The notes beneath the pieces are model-generated. The model saw only the letters and a list, made by a program, of their open reading frames with translations, ran no database searches and was not told the origin of the DNA. A stretch of 64,000 bases of DNA from an uncultured Pelagibacteraceae bacterium (GTDB taxonomy: Bacteria; Pseudomonadota; Alphaproteobacteria; Pelagibacterales; Pelagibacteraceae), in NCBI GenBank assembly GCA_902566945.1, contig CACFKZ010000002.1, positions 4,918 to 68,917 of the forward strand, read 5' to 3'. Below, one piece after another: positions 1 to 9,981 of this stretch. Numbering within the stretch: the stretch's first letter is position 1; each line of letters starts with the position of its first letter. The translations under genes and the position numbers were made by a program.

Positions 1-1462
1 CAAGCAAAGTATAATAGTTAATAAAATTAATATAATTACATTATCTCTTGCTATCGTCTCAATCACTATGATTAAATTTGTACTTAGACCTGTAGATCCA
101 ACTGCACCAACAATTATACCTGCTGTAGCGATTGCGATCCCTACCCCCTACCATGTTAATTGCACCTTTTTGAAGACCAACTATTGTTTGATTATACCAA
201 TCAATTAAACCAGTTTTAAAATCTGGATTTTTAATTATACGACTTACTAAATTTACTAATATTAAAGATAACGTTGCATAAAAGATAGAAAAGCCCGCTG
301 TATATCTCATATAAACAAGTAAAAAAATTAAAACAAAAATAGGTATTAAAAAATGCAGTCCAGATAAAAAAGTTTTCTTAAGATGCGGAACATCAGCGTC
401 ATCCATCCCTTTTAATCCTAATTTAAGAGCCTCTAAGTGAGATATATAAAATAAAGCAATGTATGAAATGATAGCTGGTAAAAAAGCATGTTTTACAACT
501 TCAAAATAAGTAACACCTATAAAACTTGCCATAACAAATGCAGCTGCTCCCATTACCGGAGGCATTATTTGTCCATTAACAGATGAAGAAACTTCAATAG
601 CTCCAGCTTTCTCTTGAGAGAAACCTGTTTTTTTCATTATTGGAATTGTAAAAGTTCCAGTTGTTACGGTATTTGCAATTGAGGAACCTGAAATCATTCC
701 AGTCATTCCAGATCCTAATATTGCAGCTTTAGCCGGACCTCCTCTCATTTTTCCAACCATTGCAAAAGCTAAATCTAAAAAATACTTTCCACCACCAGCT
801 GTTTCTAATAAAGCTCCAAAGAGCACAAACAAAAATATAAAATCCACTGAAACCCCAATGGGTATTCCGAATATTGCCTCTTGATCAAACCATTGAAATC
901 CTACTAGTCTTTTTACAGAAAGTCCGCCGTGAGAAATAATATCAGGAGCATATTTTCCAAAATAAGAAAATAAGAGGAAACAGACTGCAATGATAACTAA
1001 AGGTAAGCCTATAGCTCGTCTAGTTGCTTCTAATAAAATTAATATACCTATGGCCCCAATTATAAGTTCAACTGGAACTTTAAAACCAAATATTTCTTTT
1101 ACTAAAAGTATGCCGCCTCTATTTACTAAATCGTCATAGAAAAAATAAATATATAAACAACTTAATGCCCCAGTTATGCTAATTATAATATCAATTGCTG
1201 AAATCTTTTTTCCCCTTACTGCTGGGAAAATTAAAAAAGCTAAAGTTAAAGCAAAACCTAAGTGAATAGCTCTTGCGGGTAAACCTTTAAACATTCCAAA
1301 GTTAAACCAAAAAGGAAAGGGAGAGGCGTACCAAAGTTGAAAAAATGTCCAAAGAATAGCAATTCCAAAAACTATTTTTAAATGAATGCCTGATAAATTT
1401 CGAGTTGGGGAAATATCTTCTTGTATTTTATCTTTTATCTTACTTTGAATGTTTTGATTCAT
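1..1462 (-). CDS. TAXI-type TRAP transporter fused 4TM/12TM permease; apparent +1 frameshift at 144-148; runs off the window start
   Basis: Motifs GGPAKAA, ISGSSIAN, GQIMPPVMGAAAF. The ORF ends in a hydrophilic tail. Removing one base from the C5 run (144-148) restores MVGVGIAIATAGIIVGAVGSTGL..., open to the window edge. Confidence 0.9.
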
Positions 1463-1484
1463 TTTAGCTAAGATACCTTATTCT

Positions 1485-1519
1485 AAAAAAAAAGGCCCAA
1501 AAAATATTGGGCCTTTTTT
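1485..1519 (-). terminator. Intrinsic terminator or stabilising hairpin between the TAXI binding-protein gene and the permease
   Basis: Inverted repeat AAAGGCCCAA(1491-1500)-aaaata-TTGGGCCTTT(1507-1516); A9 at 1485-1493 gives a U-tract on the minus strand. Confidence 0.8.
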
Positions 1520-1539
1520 AATTTAATTATAAAGTTGAA

Positions 1540-2544
1540 TTACATTAATCCAGCTTCTTTGTAGTACTTAATTGCACCTGGATGTAACGGAGCTGATAAT
1601 CCATCAGCTATCATGTTTTTCTTTTCCAGTGGTCCAAAAGCAGGGTGTTGAGCTCTGAAATCATCAAAGTTTTCCATTACCGCTTTTGTTACTAAGTATA
1701 CAAGCTCTTCAGAAACATTAGCGCTTGTTACAACAGTAGCTTTTACACCAAATGTTGTAGCGTCTTTTTTCTGATTTGAGTAAGTTCCTTTTGGAATAAC
1801 TGCTTTAGCATAATAGTCAGCTCCATCAATTAAACCTTGAACTGGTGCACCTGTTAAATTAATTGGGCTAGCTTTTGCTTTACAAGTAGCTGCTTGCTCC
1901 ATAGCGCCATTTGGAAATCCCACTGAATATCCAAATGCATCTATTTTACCGTCACAAAGAGCTTTTACTTGCTCAGAAGAAGTAAGTTCAGTAGTTGCTT
2001 TGAACATACTCATATCTGCACCCATAGCTTTCATTAATTCTTCCATAGTTCCTCTTTGACCAGAACCTGGGTTACCAATGTTTACTGTTTTTCCTTTTAG
2101 GCCTTTGAAATTTTTAATTCCAGATTTTTTACTTGCCCAAATTTGGAAAGGTTCGTTGTGTACAGAAAATACAGCTCTCAAGTCGCTGAACTGTTTTCCT
2201 TCCCATTTGCTTGAACCGTTGTAAGCATGATACTGCCAGTCTGACTGAGCAACACCAAATTGAAACTCACCATCTTTGATTTGTCCAATATTGTAGTTTG
2301 AACCACCTGTTGAAGGCGCAGTACATCTGTAAGCTTTAGCTGTACCTTTTTTTCTACCATGGTCAGCACTAATTGCTGATTTATGTAACATTTTACAAAT
2401 TGCGTTACCTGTTTGGAAATATACTCCTGTAGGTCCGCCTGTTCCTATTGTAAAGAACTCTGCTGATTTAGCGATTGATGTAATGGGGCTTGAAAAAGCA
2501 AACATTACTAGCACCGCTGAAATCAATGACATCATTTTTTTCAT
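1540..2544 (-). CDS. TAXI family TRAP solute-binding protein
   Basis: Signal peptide; IGTGGPTGVYF, STGGSNYN, GNPGSGQR and PLHPGAIKYY motifs; SD GAGGAG upstream; adjacent permease. Confidence 0.93.
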   Translation of the reverse strand: MKKMMSLISAVLVMFAFSSPITSIAKSAEFFTIGTGGPTGVYFQTGNAICKMLHKSAISADHGRKKGTAKAYRCTAPSTGGSNYNIGQIKDGEFQFGVAQSDWQYHAYNGSSKWEGKQFSDLRAVFSVHNEPFQIWASKKSGIKNFKGLKGKTVNIGNPGSGQRGTMEELMKAMGADMSMFKATTELTSSEQVKALCDGKIDAFGYSVGFPNGAMEQAATCKAKASPINLTGAPVQGLIDGADYYAKAVIPKGTYSNQKKDATTFGVKATVVTSANVSEELVYLVTKAVMENFDDFRAQHPAFGPLEKKNMIADGLSAPLHPGAIKYYKEAGLM

Positions 2545-2607
2545 GTGTACTCCTCTTGTTATAATGATTAATTTAACTACGTTATTAGTAAGAGGTCAAA
2601 GAGATTC

Positions 2608-3846
2608 TTATAAATTTTTGGCCCAATTTGATAGCTTGGAAGTACCTTCAACTACATTTGGGGCATACTTCCTGACCATTTCATCGCTGATAGTTTTATG
2701 GTCTGTAACATTTTCAAAGAATTGAGTTCCATCAAAATCTGTGTAGCTTAATCTCGTTAACATTTTATTAGGTTTAAAACCAAAATCTGAGCCTGGCAAC
2801 ATAGCAACTCCAGTCTCATTTAAAATTGCTTCACATAATTTTGAAGAAGTTTTAAATTTTTTATTTTTAAATTCAGGCATTAAATAAAAAGCTCCTTGAG
2901 GTGGATTTATTAAAACTTTATTTGATTTAAGATTATTATAAACATAGTTTCCAACTGAATTAAGTATAGATCTTACTTTGAGTTTGTACTGCTCATAGTC
3001 ACCCTCATAAGCTTCAACAGCGGCAAACTGGGTCGGTGTATTTACAGTTGAATATGACTCACTTGCTAATGATTTTAAACTATTCATAAATTGTTTTGAT
3101 CCATTAGGGACTGCTAAAAATCCAAGTCTCCAACCTCCTGCACCGCACCACTTGCTTAATCCTCCACTAATGAATGTAGCTTCTGGGTAAAATTCGGAGA
3201 TAGAGTTGTAACTATTATCAAACGAGAGATCTGTATATATTTCATCTGATAAAATTATTATTTTATATTTTTCAGCTACTTGAGCTAATTCTTTCAAATT
3301 TTTACAGATTGCACCAGAAGGATTATTCGGTGAGTTTAAAATTAAAATAATATTTTTATTTTTTCCAATTTTCTTTAATTTCTTTTCAAGTTCACTTGCT
3401 GTTGGAAACCAGTTGTTTACTCTAGAAGTTTCTAGCCAATGAACTTTATTTGAGCCAATTTGTGCTTGTGGTTCATAGGACACCCAGCTTGGAGCTGGAG
3501 TTAAAATTTCTCCGTTAAATGAAACGTGCATTAACAACATAGCTTCTTTAGATCCAGGAGTAATCAGAATATTTTCTTTAGAATATCTTACACCTGTATT
3601 TTTAAATAAATGATTAGAAATTTTTTCTCTTAATTCGGGTAAACCTTGTATAGGTAAGTACTCTTTTTTGTGAGCATTAAGTTTTAGCGTATCAACAACT
3701 CTTTCTGGAATTTGAAATGGTGATTGGCCAAAACCAAATCTGTAAATTTTTTTACCAGACTTAATCAATTCTTTTGATTTTTCGTTGATCGCTAAAGTTG
3801 AGGACTCTTTTAATTTTAAAATATTTTTTTTTACTTTAGATGACAT
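2608..3846 (-). CDS. PLP-dependent aminotransferase class I/II (aspartate aminotransferase-like)
   Basis: NSPNNPSG, SDEIY, GLSKWCGAGGWRLG (PLP lysine), PQGAFY. Confidence 0.88.
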   Translation of the reverse strand: MSSKVKKNILKLKESSTLAINEKSKELIKSGKKIYRFGFGQSPFQIPERVVDTLKLNAHKKEYLPIQGLPELREKISNHLFKNTGVRYSKENILITPGSKEAMLLMHVSFNGEILTPAPSWVSYEPQAQIGSNKVHWLETSRVNNWFPTASELEKKLKKIGKNKNIILILNSPNNPSGAICKNLKELAQVAEKYKIIILSDEIYTDLSFDNSYNSISEFYPEATFISGGLSKWCGAGGWRLGFLAVPNGSKQFMNSLKSLASESYSTVNTPTQFAAVEAYEGDYEQYKLKVRSILNSVGNYVYNNLKSNKVLINPPQGAFYLMPEFKNKKFKTSSKLCEAILNETGVAMLPGSDFGFKPNKMLTRLSYTDFDGTQFFENVTDHKTISDEMVRKYAPNVVEGTSKLSNWAKNL

Positions 3847-4005
3847 TTTAACTTTAATTACCTATACGGTGACTGCCTATTGTAAGTCAAATCAATTGTC
3901 TAAAAATAGGAACATTTGACAAATCGATTCGGTCATGTTTTAATCCCATTTTGTTCTCAACTGTGATCTACATATAGTATAAAATAAATTAGCTAGCACA
4001 AAAAA

Positions 4006-6471
4006 ATGAATAATCAATCTGAAAAAATAATCGCGTTACTTGGACCGACTAATACAGGCAAAACTCATGTTGCCATAGAAAAAATGCTTGAGTTTAAAAC
4101 TGGTATATTTGGATTACCTCTTAGGCTGCTTGCTAGAGAAATATATGACAAATGCATTGATAAAGTGGGAGTTGAAAAAGTAGCATTAATTACAGGTGAA
4201 GAAAAAATTATTCCAAGTACTGCTGATTATTTTATCTGTACCGTAGAATCTATGCCAAAGAATAAAGAAGTTGATTTTGTAGCCATTGATGAAATTCAAA
4301 TGTGTGCAGACAGAGAAAGAGGTCACATTTTTACTGAAAGGCTTTTAGAGTCACGCGGGAAAAAACTTACGATGTTTTTAGGTTCCCAAGTTATGGAAAG
4401 TATTATTTCAGAATTAGTTGGTAATGTAGAATTTGAAAAAAAAGAGAGATTTTCAAAACTAAGTTACTCGGGTATTAAAAAAATTTCAAGATTGGAGAGA
4501 AAAGTTGCAATTATAGCTTTTTCAATTGAAGAAGTTTATGCAATTGCAGAGCTAGTACGAAGGCAAAAAGGTGGTGCTGCAGTTATTATGGGATCTTTAA
4601 GTCCCAAAACAAGAAATTCACAAGTAGGTCTATATCAATCCGGAGATGTTGATTACCTAATTGCTACTGATGCTATAGGCATGGGTCTTAATATGGATAT
4701 AAACGAAATTTATTTTTCAAATTTAAAAAAATTTGATGGAAAAAAAACAAGAAGATTAAACCTTATTGAAATGTCTCAAATTGCAGGTAGAGCAGGTAGA
4801 TATAAAAATGATGGGGGTTTTGGAACAACTGGTGATTGTGAGACTCTTAATTCAGATGAGATAGAAAAAATTGAAAAACATCAATTGCCAATCACAAAAA
4901 CGATTTTCTGGAGAAATTCACACTTAAACTTTACAAGTCCAGAAAAATTAATTTCTTCACTCGAACTCAAACCAAATCAAAAAAATCTTTTAAGAACGAA
5001 TGACTCGCTAGATGAAAGTGTGCTTAGATTTTTTCTTAAAAAAGGTGCAAATAATATAATTTACCATAAAAATTTAGAGTTGCTTTGGGAATGCTGTCAA
5101 ATACCAGATTTTGAAAAAAAAGCTTATGGGCAACATATAAATGTTATCGACAAGGTTTTTCAATTTTTAACTACTAGGAAAAATAAAATACCAAGCTCTT
5201 TTATGAAAGAACAATTAAAGGGGCTTGAGAAAGATCACGGAAATGTAGATTTGCTCTCTCATAGACTGTCTAACGTTAGAACTTGGTCATATGTTGCTAA
5301 CAAAAAAAATTGGGTAGAAAACTCAGATTATTGGGTGCAACTTACAAAAAACATAGAGGACAAATTATCTGATAAATTACACGATGAGTTAACTAAAAGC
5401 TTTATTGATAAAAAAATAAGTATTCTTTCAAGAAGCTTAAAACAAGACCTCGTCCTAAATACGGAAATTAATGATGATAATAAAATTTATATTGATGGAC
5501 AGTTAATCGGAGAATTAAAAGGATTAAAGTTTTTAATAGAAGTAACTTCTAAAACATTAGATACTGACATTAAGTCAATAAAAAAGGCTGCTAGGAAAGG
5601 CATTGAAAAAGAGCTGGTGCAAAGAATTGATAAAATACTTGAGGATAAAACTCTAAGAGTCAGTGATGGAAACAAAATAATCTGGAAAAATAATCCAATA
5701 GCTAGATTAAAAAAAGGTAACAATTATTTAAGTCCTGAAATAGAAATAATTGCAGATGACTCTCTCAATGAAGAGTCAAAAATTAAATTAATAAATTTTT
5801 TAAAAAAATGGCTTGATGAGTATGTTAATGAATTATTAGGTGACCTTATTAAGCTAACTAAACATAAAATCAACAATCAATATCTTAGAGGTTTAGTATT
5901 TCAGCTTTATGAGAATAATGGCGTAATTAAAAGAAACATTGCTGATAAAATAGTTAAATTAATTCCAGCTGAAGAAAGAAAAAAACTATGGGGTATGGGA
6001 ATAAAAATAGGACGATATCATATTTATCTGCCAAAAATGTTAAAACCTAAAGCTGTTGAGTTTAGGATTAACTTGTGGAAATTATTTAATAACCTCTCTG
6101 ATGAAAATGAAATTCCTAAATCGGGTTTAAATTTTTTAACTAATGTAAAATTTGACAAAAATTTTCTATTATTATGTGGTTTCGAAAAATTCCAAAATTT
6201 TTTTATAAGAATTGATATTTTAGAGAAATTATTTCTCAAAATTATCGAAAACACTAAAGATAGAAAATTTACAGTAAATGCAGAAATGATGAATTTATTG
6301 GGTTGTTCTAAAGAAAATTTTTATAAATTAATGAATTACATGGACTACAAGAAAGATAAAGCTGCAGATACTTACATTTTTAAAGGAGAAAGAAAGCAAA
6401 AGAAGAAAATAATACGATTTGACAAAAAAGAAAATCCATTTAATAAACTTCTTTCTTTAAATATAAAATGA
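4006..6471 (+). CDS. SUV3/MgpS-like SF2 helicase
   Basis: Walker A GPTNTGKT, DEIQ, ATDAIGMGLN, QIAGRAGR. Confidence 0.92.
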   Translation: MNNQSEKIIALLGPTNTGKTHVAIEKMLEFKTGIFGLPLRLLAREIYDKCIDKVGVEKVALITGEEKIIPSTADYFICTVESMPKNKEVDFVAIDEIQMCADRERGHIFTERLLESRGKKLTMFLGSQVMESIISELVGNVEFEKKERFSKLSYSGIKKISRLERKVAIIAFSIEEVYAIAELVRRQKGGAAVIMGSLSPKTRNSQVGLYQSGDVDYLIATDAIGMGLNMDINEIYFSNLKKFDGKKTRRLNLIEMSQIAGRAGRYKNDGGFGTTGDCETLNSDEIEKIEKHQLPITKTIFWRNSHLNFTSPEKLISSLELKPNQKNLLRTNDSLDESVLRFFLKKGANNIIYHKNLELLWECCQIPDFEKKAYGQHINVIDKVFQFLTTRKNKIPSSFMKEQLKGLEKDHGNVDLLSHRLSNVRTWSYVANKKNWVENSDYWVQLTKNIEDKLSDKLHDELTKSFIDKKISILSRSLKQDLVLNTEINDDNKIYIDGQLIGELKGLKFLIEVTSKTLDTDIKSIKKAARKGIEKELVQRIDKILEDKTLRVSDGNKIIWKNNPIARLKKGNNYLSPEIEIIADDSLNEESKIKLINFLKKWLDEYVNELLGDLIKLTKHKINNQYLRGLVFQLYENNGVIKRNIADKIVKLIPAEERKKLWGMGIKIGRYHIYLPKMLKPKAVEFRINLWKLFNNLSDENEIPKSGLNFLTNVKFDKNFLLLCGFEKFQNFFIRIDILEKLFLKIIENTKDRKFTVNAEMMNLLGCSKENFYKLMNYMDYKKDKAADTYIFKGERKQKKKIIRFDKKENPFNKLLSLNIK

Positions 6472-6857
6472 ATAATTTAGATAAAGAAAGTGTGATTGGA
6501 ATATCTGCACTATTAGTACATGCAGCACATATAGATGAAATTTACACTAAGCACGAAAAAGATTTAATTTTAGAATTTATAAAATCTTATTTATCAGATG
6601 TTAATGCTGATGATATTTTAAAGGAAGCAGAAAATATTGAAAAAAATTCAAATCAATTATTAAATTATACTAACATTATAAAAAAAAACTCACTGGATAT
6701 AAAAAAGGACATAGTTGAGCATCTGTGGAAAGTAATCATTTCAGATAATTCGGTAGATCAGTATGAGTCTAATCTTATGCGAAGAATTTGTGGTCTGATT
6801 TATTTTCCGGATAAAGAATGTGCAGAAATAAAATTAAAATTACTTCAATCAAAATGA
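6468..6857 (+). CDS. TerB family (tellurite-resistance-like) protein
   Basis: [10 protein letters not shown]...E and [25 protein letters not shown] pattern; ATGA overlap with the helicase. Confidence 0.75.
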   Translation: MNNLDKESVIGISALLVHAAHIDEIYTKHEKDLILEFIKSYLSDVNADDILKEAENIEKNSNQLLNYTNIIKKNSLDIKKDIVEHLWKVIISDNSVDQYESNLMRRICGLIYFPDKECAEIKLKLLQSK

Positions 6858-7195
6858 CTTATATTGTTAAAGATGAATGTATAAAATGTAAACTTACTGA
6901 TTGTGTAGAAGTTTGCCCGGTTGATTGTTTTTATGAAGGTGAAAATATGCTTGTCATAAATCCAGACGAATGCATCGACTGCGGGGTTTGTGAGCCTGAG
7001 TGCCCAATAGATGCTATAAAGGCTGATACAGATGATACAGTTGAAGATAAAGAAAAATGGTTGTTGCTAAATAAAAAGTTTTCTGCAATATGGCCTAATA
7101 TTTCAAAAAAAAAAGAGCCTATGGAAGGTAATGAAAAGTTTAAAAATATCAAAAATAAATTCGATAAACATTTTAGTGAAAAACCAGGAAAATAG
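6854..7195 (+). CDS. fdxA: 7Fe/8Fe-type ferredoxin FdxA
   Basis: [26 protein letters not shown]...[12 protein letters not shown]; start at ATG 6854, overlapping the terB stop. Confidence 0.95.
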   Translation: MTYIVKDECIKCKLTDCVEVCPVDCFYEGENMLVINPDECIDCGVCEPECPIDAIKADTDDTVEDKEKWLLLNKKFSAIWPNISKKKEPMEGNEKFKNIKNKFDKHFSEKPGK

Positions 7196-7201
7196 ATAAG
7201 A

Positions 7202-7861
7202 ATGCCAAAAACTAAAAAAATCAAAAAAAAAGCAAAAGCTAAAAAAACAAAAAATGCAAAGGCTAAACTAATAATAAAAGCCCCTGAGAAAAAAATAAAC
7301 ATATCTGGACAAGATGAAAAACCAGAAATTAAAAAAATTAAAAAGCAACCAACTGAAAAACGTGTTTATAATTTAAAAGACTTTGTTGTTTATCCGAAAC
7401 ATGGTGTAGGCAAAATTACTGCCATTGAAAGAGAAAACATCGGTGAAATTGATATACAATTTTATAAAATATTAGTTGAGAAAGAGAAATTAACTTTGAG
7501 CGTTCCTATTAATCAACAATCTAAACTGAGACCTATTTCTTCTATAAATCAAATAAATAAATGCATTTCAATTTTAAAAACTAAACCAAAGATAAAAAGA
7601 ACAATGTGGAGCAGAAGAGCTCAGGAATATGATCAAAAAATTAATTCTGGAAAAATATATGAGCTAGCTGAAGTTGTTAAAGATTTAAATAAAAATACAG
7701 ATATCATCGCTGATCAATCATATTCTGAGAGACAGCTTTTTGAAAAAGCATATGAAAGACTAAAATCAGAGTTTGAAGCTGTTTTAAAGATCAATCCTGA
7801 AGAGGTTCAAAAAAAAATGGATAAAGCTTTAGGCAGAACAAAAATTTCCGAGGACACATAA
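7202..7861 (+). CDS. carD: CarD/CdnL family RNA polymerase-binding regulator with Lys-rich N-terminal extension
   Basis: VVYPKHGVG, MWSRRAQEY, SYSERQLFEKA; follows fdxA as is common in alphaproteobacteria. Confidence 0.92.
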   Translation: MPKTKKIKKKAKAKKTKNAKAKLIIKAPEKKINISGQDEKPEIKKIKKQPTEKRVYNLKDFVVYPKHGVGKITAIERENIGEIDIQFYKILVEKEKLTLSVPINQQSKLRPISSINQINKCISILKTKPKIKRTMWSRRAQEYDQKINSGKIYELAEVVKDLNKNTDIIADQSYSERQLFEKAYERLKSEFEAVLKINPEEVQKKMDKALGRTKISEDT

Positions 7862-7903
7862 AAAAAACGCCCTCTTTACATTATAAAAATTATAAAAAGG
7901 GCG
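7860..7903 (-). terminator. Intrinsic terminator of the small basic-peptide gene
   Basis: Minus-strand RNA CGCCCUUUUUAU-loop-GUAAAGAGGGCG-U8. The stem is continuous (with G-U pairs) only on the minus strand. Confidence 0.8.
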
Positions 7904-7920
7904 CTTAGTTAAAGAGAAAA

Positions 7921-7992
7921 CTATCTTCTTCTTCTTCTCTTTTTTGCTTTCTTTTTAGTTTTCTTTTTAGCTTTTTTTCTTCTTTTAGCCAT
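7921..7992 (-). CDS. 23-aa Lys/Arg-rich basic peptide MAKRRKKAKKKTKKKAKKRRRRR (not in the ORF track)
   Basis: Open frame ATG(7992) to TAG(7921); SD AAGGGAG 5 nt upstream; sigma70-like promoter upstream and terminator downstream. Confidence 0.8.
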   Translation of the reverse strand: MAKRRKKAKKKTKKKAKKRRRRR

Positions 7993-8043
7993 CTTTTCTC
8001 CCTTGTTAGTAAACAAATCTTAATGATTCGTTTGTTAGTAATT

Positions 8044-8071
8044 ACATTAATTAATTAAAAATTCATGTCAA
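8044..8071 (-). promoter_or_regulatory. Candidate sigma70 promoter for the basic-peptide gene
   Basis: Perfect TTGACA (8071-8066), 16-nt spacer, TAATGT; preceded by a very AT-rich tract (8072-8200). Confidence 0.5.
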
Positions 8072-8202
8072 ACATAAATTAATTTACAAATTTGATTCAA
8101 AATTTAATTTTTTTAATTATTTTTTTAATTTTTAATAAAATTAAAAAAAGTTAGCAATATCAATGTTTTTTTAAGCAAATTAAATAAGTTTTAATTTAAT
8201 TT

Positions 8203-9876
8203 TTAATAAAGATTTTCTAGTTGTTGTTTATAATTTTTAATTATTTCTTTTCTTTTTAACTTTAAAGTTGGTGTTAGCATTCCATTTTCAATTGTAAATT
8301 CCTGGTAAATTAAGATAAATTTTTTAATTTTTTCTATTAATGTTAAATTTTTATTTATGTTTTCAATTATAAGTTTAATTTTTTCTTTATTAATTCCTTT
8401 TTCACTAACAATTAACGCAACTAGATAATTTTTTTTATCTCCGTAAACAAAAGATTGTTTAATGTTTTCATTTAAACACAAAATATTTTCTATTTTGCTC
8501 GGAGAAATATTGTCTCCACCAAGATTTACAATAATATCTTTTTTTCTATCTGTAATTTTTAAATAATTATTATTGTCAAGTTCTCCTATGTCCCCAGTAT
8601 GAAGCCATCCATCTTTAATTACTTTTTCCGTCTCCTCTTTTAAATTCCAATATCCCAACATAACGTTTTCACCCTTAATTAGAATTTCACCATCCTCTGC
8701 TATTCTAACTTTATTAGTTCTAAACGGTGGCCCTACTGATTCGACCTTGACTAGATCTGGTAAATTACAACTTACGACTGGAGAGGCTTCGGTTAGGCCA
8801 TATCCTTGTAGCGTGGGTAAACCAACAGAATTTAAAAATTCTCCAATATTTTGATCTAAAGCCCCTCCCCCAGATACGAAGGCTTGGAGATTGCCACCAA
8901 ACTGATTTCTGATTTTTTTTCTTACTAATTTTTCGCACAAAAAATTTACAATTTTTTCACCTAATTTCAGTTCTTTTTTTTTGAGTATTTTTTTACCTAA
9001 ATTTAAAGTCTGGTTTATAAGTTTTCTTTTTAATCCAGATTGCTTTTCAAAATTCATGTTTATTTTTGTATAAAGATTTTGATAGAATCTAGGTACAGCT
9101 GTCATGATTGTAGGTCTTGCAATTCCCATATTAGAAATCAGTTTTTCTAAACTTTCAGCATAGAAAACTTTTGCTCCAACTATAATTTGTATAAATTGAA
9201 CTGTATGTTCATAAGAATGTGATAAAGGTAACCAGGTCAAAAAAACTGGATCTTTTTTTTTAGTTAAAACTTCTAATAATTTAACTGCACCTTCACAATT
9301 AGACAGAATACCACCGTGACTTAATAAAACTCCTTTTGGATTTCCAGAAGTACCTGATGTATAAATTATACAAGCAGGCATATTTCGTTTTAAATCTTTG
9401 TTAATTATTTTTTCATTAACTTCTTCATTTAATATTTCTTTAATTAATAAACTATCAGTATTTATTTCTTCGAAAGATATTATTTTTACATCGCTTTTTA
9501 TAAATTTTTTAATTTTATCAAATTGATTTTGATTTGATACAAATACCAATGAAGGTTTACAATCATTTAAAATATATTCATAATCGTTTGCGGAATAAGT
9601 TGTAAAAATAGGAACTGAAATACCTCCAGCATTCATAATGGCAATATCGGTCATTAACCAGTAAGGTCTATTTTCAGATAGGATTAAACATCTGTCCCCT
9701 TGTTTAATTAACGATTTAATTTTTGCAGTTAATTTAAAAATTCTTAGAGTTATATCTTCCCAATTATAAGTTCTTTTTTCTGGTTTTAACCATTTTAAGA
9801 ATGGTCTTTTACCATCAACCTCTTCTGTCTTTTTAAAATAGAGTTCAACTAAGCTATTTAATTTACTTATATCCAT
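8203..9876 (-). CDS. fadD: Long-chain fatty acid-CoA ligase (AMP-binding)
   Basis: YTSGTSGNPKG, QGYGLTEASP, GWLHTGDIG, ITDRKKD, LTPTLKLKR. Confidence 0.88.
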   Translation of the reverse strand: MDISKLNSLVELYFKKTEEVDGKRPFLKWLKPEKRTYNWEDITLRIFKLTAKIKSLIKQGDRCLILSENRPYWLMTDIAIMNAGGISVPIFTTYSANDYEYILNDCKPSLVFVSNQNQFDKIKKFIKSDVKIISFEEINTDSLLIKEILNEEVNEKIINKDLKRNMPACIIYTSGTSGNPKGVLLSHGGILSNCEGAVKLLEVLTKKKDPVFLTWLPLSHSYEHTVQFIQIIVGAKVFYAESLEKLISNMGIARPTIMTAVPRFYQNLYTKINMNFEKQSGLKRKLINQTLNLGKKILKKKELKLGEKIVNFLCEKLVRKKIRNQFGGNLQAFVSGGGALDQNIGEFLNSVGLPTLQGYGLTEASPVVSCNLPDLVKVESVGPPFRTNKVRIAEDGEILIKGENVMLGYWNLKEETEKVIKDGWLHTGDIGELDNNNYLKITDRKKDIIVNLGGDNISPSKIENILCLNENIKQSFVYGDKKNYLVALIVSEKGINKEKIKLIIENINKNLTLIEKIKKFILIYQEFTIENGMLTPTLKLKRKEIIKNYKQQLENLY

Positions 9877-9880
9877 AACT

Positions 9881-9967
9881 TGGTGGGCGAAGAGAGACTC
9901 GAACTCTCAAGGTATTGCTACCACCGGATTTTGAGTCCGGCGCGTCTACCAGTTCCACCATTCGCCC
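9881..9967 (-). tRNA. tRNA-Leu(CAA)
   Basis: GGGCGAA acceptor stem, anticodon arm CCGGA-CTCAAAA-TCCGG, long variable arm, GTTCGAGTC T-loop, encoded CCA; 87 nt. Confidence 0.97.
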
Positions 9968-9981
9968 TTTTTTTAGTTAAT

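Noticed and set aside
8180-8194. TTAA-N7-TTAA (CtrA-box-like) upstream of the basic-peptide promoter
   Set aside because: The region is almost pure A/T with many TTAA copies, so a chance match is expected.
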